Below, piece after piece: positions 21,361-24,000 of a DNA stretch of 24,000 bases. The stretch is from Erysipelotrichia bacterium (lineage in GTDB: Bacteria; Bacillota_I; Bacilli_A; Erysipelotrichales; Erysipelotrichaceae), in contig JAGXSD010000042.1 in assembly GCA_018333955.1 (NCBI GenBank), forward strand, positions 10,629-34,628, given 5' to 3'. The position numbers and the translations under genes were made by a program. The number at the start of each line of letters is the position of its first letter. The first letter of the stretch is position 1. Under the pieces are notes generated by a model that searched no databases, had not been told where the DNA came from, and saw only the letters and a program-made list of their open reading frames with translations.

Positions 21361-22899
21361 ATGAAAAAAGTGATTATTGTTGGGGCTGGAATTGGTGGCC
21401 TTGTAAGTGCTATAAAACTGAAACATCATGGATATGATGTCACGATTATTGAGAAGAATGAGCGAATCGGTGGAAAGATCAATCAAATAAAAAAAGATGG
21501 ATTTACCTTTGATATGGGTCCTACGATTGTGATGATGCCTCAACTTTATGATGAGGTTTTTAAATATGTCTTTCGAAATCCTGAAGACTACTATACAAAA
21601 ACTCAACTCAATCCAATTTATAATGTCTATTTTTCTAAAGAAGACAAAGTTGAGGTGAATACAGATTTAGTGCATCTTACCAAATTTCTTGAAGGCATGA
21701 GTGAACAAGAAGCATCTGGATATTTTAACTATCTTAATGATATTTATCGCCGATACATAATTGCGAAAGAACATTTCTTAGAAAAAACATTTAATAAGGC
21801 GAGTGATGTTTTAAACTTTAAAACCCTTCTTAATGGATTTAAGTTAAAAACCTTTGATACTGCATATCATTCAGTATCTAAGTTTGTGAAGAATGAAAAA
21901 CTAAGAAAACTACTCAGTTTTCAAACGTTATATATTGGAATCTCACCTTATGTAGGACCTTCGATTTACTCCATTATTCCTATGGTTGAAACTTTATATG
22001 GTATATGGTTTTTTAAAGGTGGAATGTATGGCTACATTCAAGGACTTGAAAAACTCATTCAAGAAATGGGTATAAAAGTCATCTTAAATACAACGGTCGA
22101 TGAAATCTTTATTAGTAATTTGAAAGCTAAAGGGGTGGTCATTGGTGAAGAGATCTTATGTGCTGATATCGTGATTAATAACACGGATTTCCCTTATGCA
22201 ATGAGAGAACTGATTAAGAACGAAAAGCATCGCCCTAAATACACCAACAAAAAACTTTCAAACATGGATTACTCATCCTCTGCGTTTATGATGTATTTGG
22301 GTCTAAACAAGAAACTAGATCATCTCAATGTTCATAATTTATACTTGTCCCCAGATTTTGAAGGAAACATCAAAGATATCTTTAGTGCTAAACTACCCCC
22401 TACGCCATCCATGTATTTCTATGTTCCTTCTAAACTTGATGAAAGTCTTGCCCCAGAAGGACATGAAGCGCTATACATTCTTGTCCCTGTTCCTAATCTA
22501 AAAGGATTTCCACACACTTGGGATGACAAACTCATTGCATCCTATCGCAAAGAAATCTTTGATCGCATTGCGAGTGAAAACATTATTGAAAATTTAAGTG
22601 ATCATATCGTCAGTGAAACCATCCTTACACCTCTAGATTGGCAAAAACAAGTTCATGCCCACTATGGAGCAACCTTCGGTCTTGCGCCAACATTAAGACA
22701 AAGTAATAACTTCAGACCTCAACCTATGTTTAAAGGAATCAAACATTTCTATCATACAGGCTCATCAATCCATCCTGGAGCTGGAATTCCAATTGTCATG
22801 ATGAGCGCTCAGTTATGCGTCAATGAAGTTTTAAAATATGATCCTAATGGAGGGTCTTTTGCATGCAAAGTTTATGCACAAGAATATGAAAACGCTTAA
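21361..22899 (+). CDS. crtN: 4,4'-diapophytoene desaturase
   Basis: Blocks match S. aureus CrtN as I recall it: VIIVGAGIGGL, KKDGFTFDMGPTIVMMP, KLLSFQTLYIGISP..GPSIYSIIPM.E, FKGGMYG, YSSSAFMMYLG, LAPEG, IVSETILTP.DW, and HPGAGIPIV. Confidence 0.85.
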   Translation: MKKVIIVGAGIGGLVSAIKLKHHGYDVTIIEKNERIGGKINQIKKDGFTFDMGPTIVMMPQLYDEVFKYVFRNPEDYYTKTQLNPIYNVYFSKEDKVEVNTDLVHLTKFLEGMSEQEASGYFNYLNDIYRRYIIAKEHFLEKTFNKASDVLNFKTLLNGFKLKTFDTAYHSVSKFVKNEKLRKLLSFQTLYIGISPYVGPSIYSIIPMVETLYGIWFFKGGMYGYIQGLEKLIQEMGIKVILNTTVDEIFISNLKAKGVVIGEEILCADIVINNTDFPYAMRELIKNEKHRPKYTNKKLSNMDYSSSAFMMYLGLNKKLDHLNVHNLYLSPDFEGNIKDIFSAKLPPTPSMYFYVPSKLDESLAPEGHEALYILVPVPNLKGFPHTWDDKLIASYRKEIFDRIASENIIENLSDHIVSETILTPLDWQKQVHAHYGATFGLAPTLRQSNNFRPQPMFKGIKHFYHTGSSIHPGAGIPIVMMSAQLCVNEVLKYDPNGGSFACKVYAQEYENA

Positions 22900-23072
22900 C
22901 TTATCGCTCTTTTAAATTCTCTCACAATTTAATGTTAAAAAACGAATAATTTCACAAATTACCTCTATACATTCAGTCATAAAAGGAGTAAACTCTTTGA
23001 GTATGAGTTCACACTCATCGAATCATTTTTAAATCATATCCTTAGATATGGACACCTTTACTCAAACAAAAG

Positions 23073-23093
23073 TTTGTGATTAAAATTCACAAA
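23073..23093. promoter_or_regulatory. Palindrome TTTGTGA-N7-TCACAAA just upstream of/overlapping the -35 of the DUF1622 gene promoter
   Basis: Read directly from the sequence: 7-bp perfect arms. Confidence 0.3.
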
Positions 23094-23098
23094 TAAGG

Positions 23099-23126
23099 TT
23101 GTCAAATAAATCTAAGATGGTATACT
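23099..23126 (+). promoter_or_regulatory. Sigma-A promoter with extended -10
   Basis: -35 TTGTCA (23099..23104), 16-nt spacer, TGgTATACT (23118..23126). Confidence 0.55.
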
Positions 23127-23133
23127 AAAAATG

Positions 23134-23149
23134 TGTGAGATTTTTCACG
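23134..23149. promoter_or_regulatory. TGTGA-N6-TCACG inverted repeat at the predicted transcription start
   Basis: aTGTGAgattttTCACGa lies 8 nt downstream of the -10. Confidence 0.3.
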
Positions 23150-23165
23150 AGAAAGAGGGCGCACT

Positions 23166-23549
23166 ATGTTTGAGACAATTTATCATTTTATTGAATACTT
23201 CGTACAAGACTTTACCAAAATTATGATTGTGATGATGGAACTTGTTGGTTTATTAATAATCATCTATTCTTCTATCATTACCCTTACACGATTCGTCAAA
23301 CTTAAATACAACCAAACTTCAACGGATATACGAATTCGCTTAGGTCGAGGTATCTCATTTGCACTTATGTTTTATCTCGCCGCCGAGATTTTACGTTTAA
23401 TCTTAATCCGTGAGTATAAAGATTTGTTTATTGTGGGGGCGATTATTGTGCTTCACGTGATTGTGACGGTACTTATTGCTTGGGAAGTGTCTCACTCAAT
23501 TCACGTCATGAAGGAAGAACGTGAATTAGACCACGATTGTTTTGATTAA
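23166..23549 (+). CDS. DUF1622-family small membrane protein (127 aa)
   Basis: AAGAGGG RBS. IRIRLGRGISFALMFYLAAEILRLIL fits the DUF1622 conserved core. It has 3-4 TM helices. Confidence 0.55.
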   Translation: MFETIYHFIEYFVQDFTKIMIVMMELVGLLIIIYSSIITLTRFVKLKYNQTSTDIRIRLGRGISFALMFYLAAEILRLILIREYKDLFIVGAIIVLHVIVTVLIAWEVSHSIHVMKEERELDHDCFD

Positions 23550-23563
23550 GAAATATAATATGC

Positions 23564-23586
23564 AAGGCAGAAATGCCTTTTTTTTA
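23564..23586 (+). terminator. Rho-independent terminator
   Basis: AAGGCA-GAAA-TGCCTT followed by TTTTTTTT. Confidence 0.75.
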
Positions 23587-23618
23587 TGCATAAGACATGT
23601 AATCTTTCAAAGATGAGA

Positions 23619-23624
23619 TACAAT
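23619..23624 (+). promoter_or_regulatory. -10-like TACAAT 6 nt upstream of the ATG at 23631, a leaderless candidate
   Basis: gaTACAAT-attctt-ATG, with no SD. The -35 is poor. Confidence 0.3.
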
Positions 23625-23630
23625 ATTCTT

Positions 23631-24000
23631 ATGAACGTTCTAAAAAAAATATACATAACACATGATCAAATAACCTCTTATATAAAGGAATCTTTTCCTG
23701 ATCTTGTTCAACCAAAACACTTGTATTCCCCTTCTTTTGAAGATCTTCAATCTCTTTTATCTCGACTAAATCCTATCCGTTATGGTCAAGATCGAAATTA
23801 TCTGAATGGTTCAGTGACTCATCTAAGTCGCTATATTAGTAGTGGCCTTCTTTCAACGAGTGAATGTATTGATATTTGTATTCATCACTTTGGACTCGAT
23901 GCTTCAATACCCTTGATTAAACAGCTTGTTTGGAGAATCTATTTTAAGCACAAACTTTTTCATTATCCTCATGCATCTTATCAAAATATCGGCAATTATA
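23631..24000 (+). CDS. Photolyase/cryptochrome-family protein beginning at the FAD-binding helical domain. Only the N-terminal 123 codons are present because the gene runs off the right edge.
   Basis: Absent from the ORF track because it has no in-window stop. Translation reads MNVLKKIYITHDQITSYIKESFPDLVQPKHLYSPSFEDLQSLLSRLNPIRYGQDRNYLNGSVTHLSRYISSGLLSTSECIDICIHHFGLDASIPLIKQLVWRIYFKHKLF... YGQDRNYLNGSVTHLSRYISSGLLS and QLVWRIYF resemble the Y..RN.L.G..S.LSPYL..G.IS and EL.WREF blocks of DNA photolyases. In canonical enzymes those blocks lie about 200 residues into the protein. Confidence 0.5.
   Translation, partial: MNVLKKIYITHDQITSYIKESFPDLVQPKHLYSPSFEDLQSLLSRLNPIRYGQDRNYLNGSVTHLSRYISSGLLSTSECIDICIHHFGLDASIPLIKQLVWRIYFKHKLFHYPHASYQNIGNY

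Noticed and set aside
16864-21606. ORFs 16864..17262(-), 18323..18505(-), 19148..19381(-), 19905..20159(+) and 21337..21606(-)
   Set aside because: All are antisense or out of frame within well-supported genes (permease, trhO, DUF92, prenol kinase, crtN).
9923-22899. Interpreting the crt genes as a C40 CrtB/CrtI pathway that could feed retinal synthesis
   Set aside because: The three desaturase-family proteins and the synthase share long blocks with S. aureus CrtN/CrtP/CrtM as I remember them, and no cyclase or cleavage oxygenase is present. C30 versus C40 specificity cannot be proven from sequence alone and needs phylogeny or biochemistry.
23073-23149. Assigning the TGTGA/TCACA palindromes to Rex or CRP
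   Set aside because: Rex/CRP-type boxes have TGTGA-N6-TCACA spacing. The best palindrome here has N7, the one at 9309..9322 has N4, and the N6 site has a degenerate right arm. The regulator identity is therefore left open.
1-24000. CRISPR arrays, tRNA/rRNA genes, transposases/integrases, prophage or defence-island signatures
   Set aside because: I found no spaced direct repeats, no cloverleaf-like or rRNA-like conserved segments in the intergenic regions, and no recombinase-like ORFs. The window looks like core or accessory metabolic chromosome rather than a mobile or defence island.

Overview
This is an AT-rich window (roughly one-third G+C by eye) that is gene-dense and carries no rRNA, tRNA, CRISPR array, transposase or integrase that I could find. 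Features point to a low-GC monoderm (Bacillota-like): AAGGAG-type Shine-Dalgarno sites, a LysM/G5/M23 wall hydrolase, and the standard code with TGA used as a stop. All family calls come from motif recognition by eye, since no searches were run.

Left part, in order:
- a partial CbiM/NikM-like metal uptake gene
- a translationally coupled feoA / feoB(G domain) / feoB(membrane) / small Cys-protein chain
- a wall hydrolase
- an Lnu/ANT-like nucleotidyltransferase
- a large polytopic membrane protein
- an SLC13-type permease with TrkA-C domains
- ogt

From about 9.3 kb to 22.9 kb lies an isoprenoid/light locus:
- The main feature is a heliorhodopsin gene (14720..15505, minus strand) with its own promoter and a strong terminator.
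- It is surrounded by a staphyloxanthin-type C30 carotenoid gene set split over three transcription units: ICMT-like methyltransferase + crtP; ABC1/UbiB kinase + a third CrtN paralogue + a small membrane protein; and the divergent pair crtN / crtM.
- The crtM operon also carries a VTE5-like prenol kinase and a VTE6-like (DUF92) prenyl-phosphate kinase.
- No retinal-forming genes (lycopene cyclase, carotenoid 15,15'-oxygenase) are visible.

A photolyase-family ORF that begins directly in the FAD-binding domain runs off the right edge.

Recurrent small-scale signals:
- five genes with an (extended) -10 box exactly 6 nt before the ATG and no SD, making them leaderless candidates
- several operator-like palindromes
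- hairpin terminators that overlap stop codons
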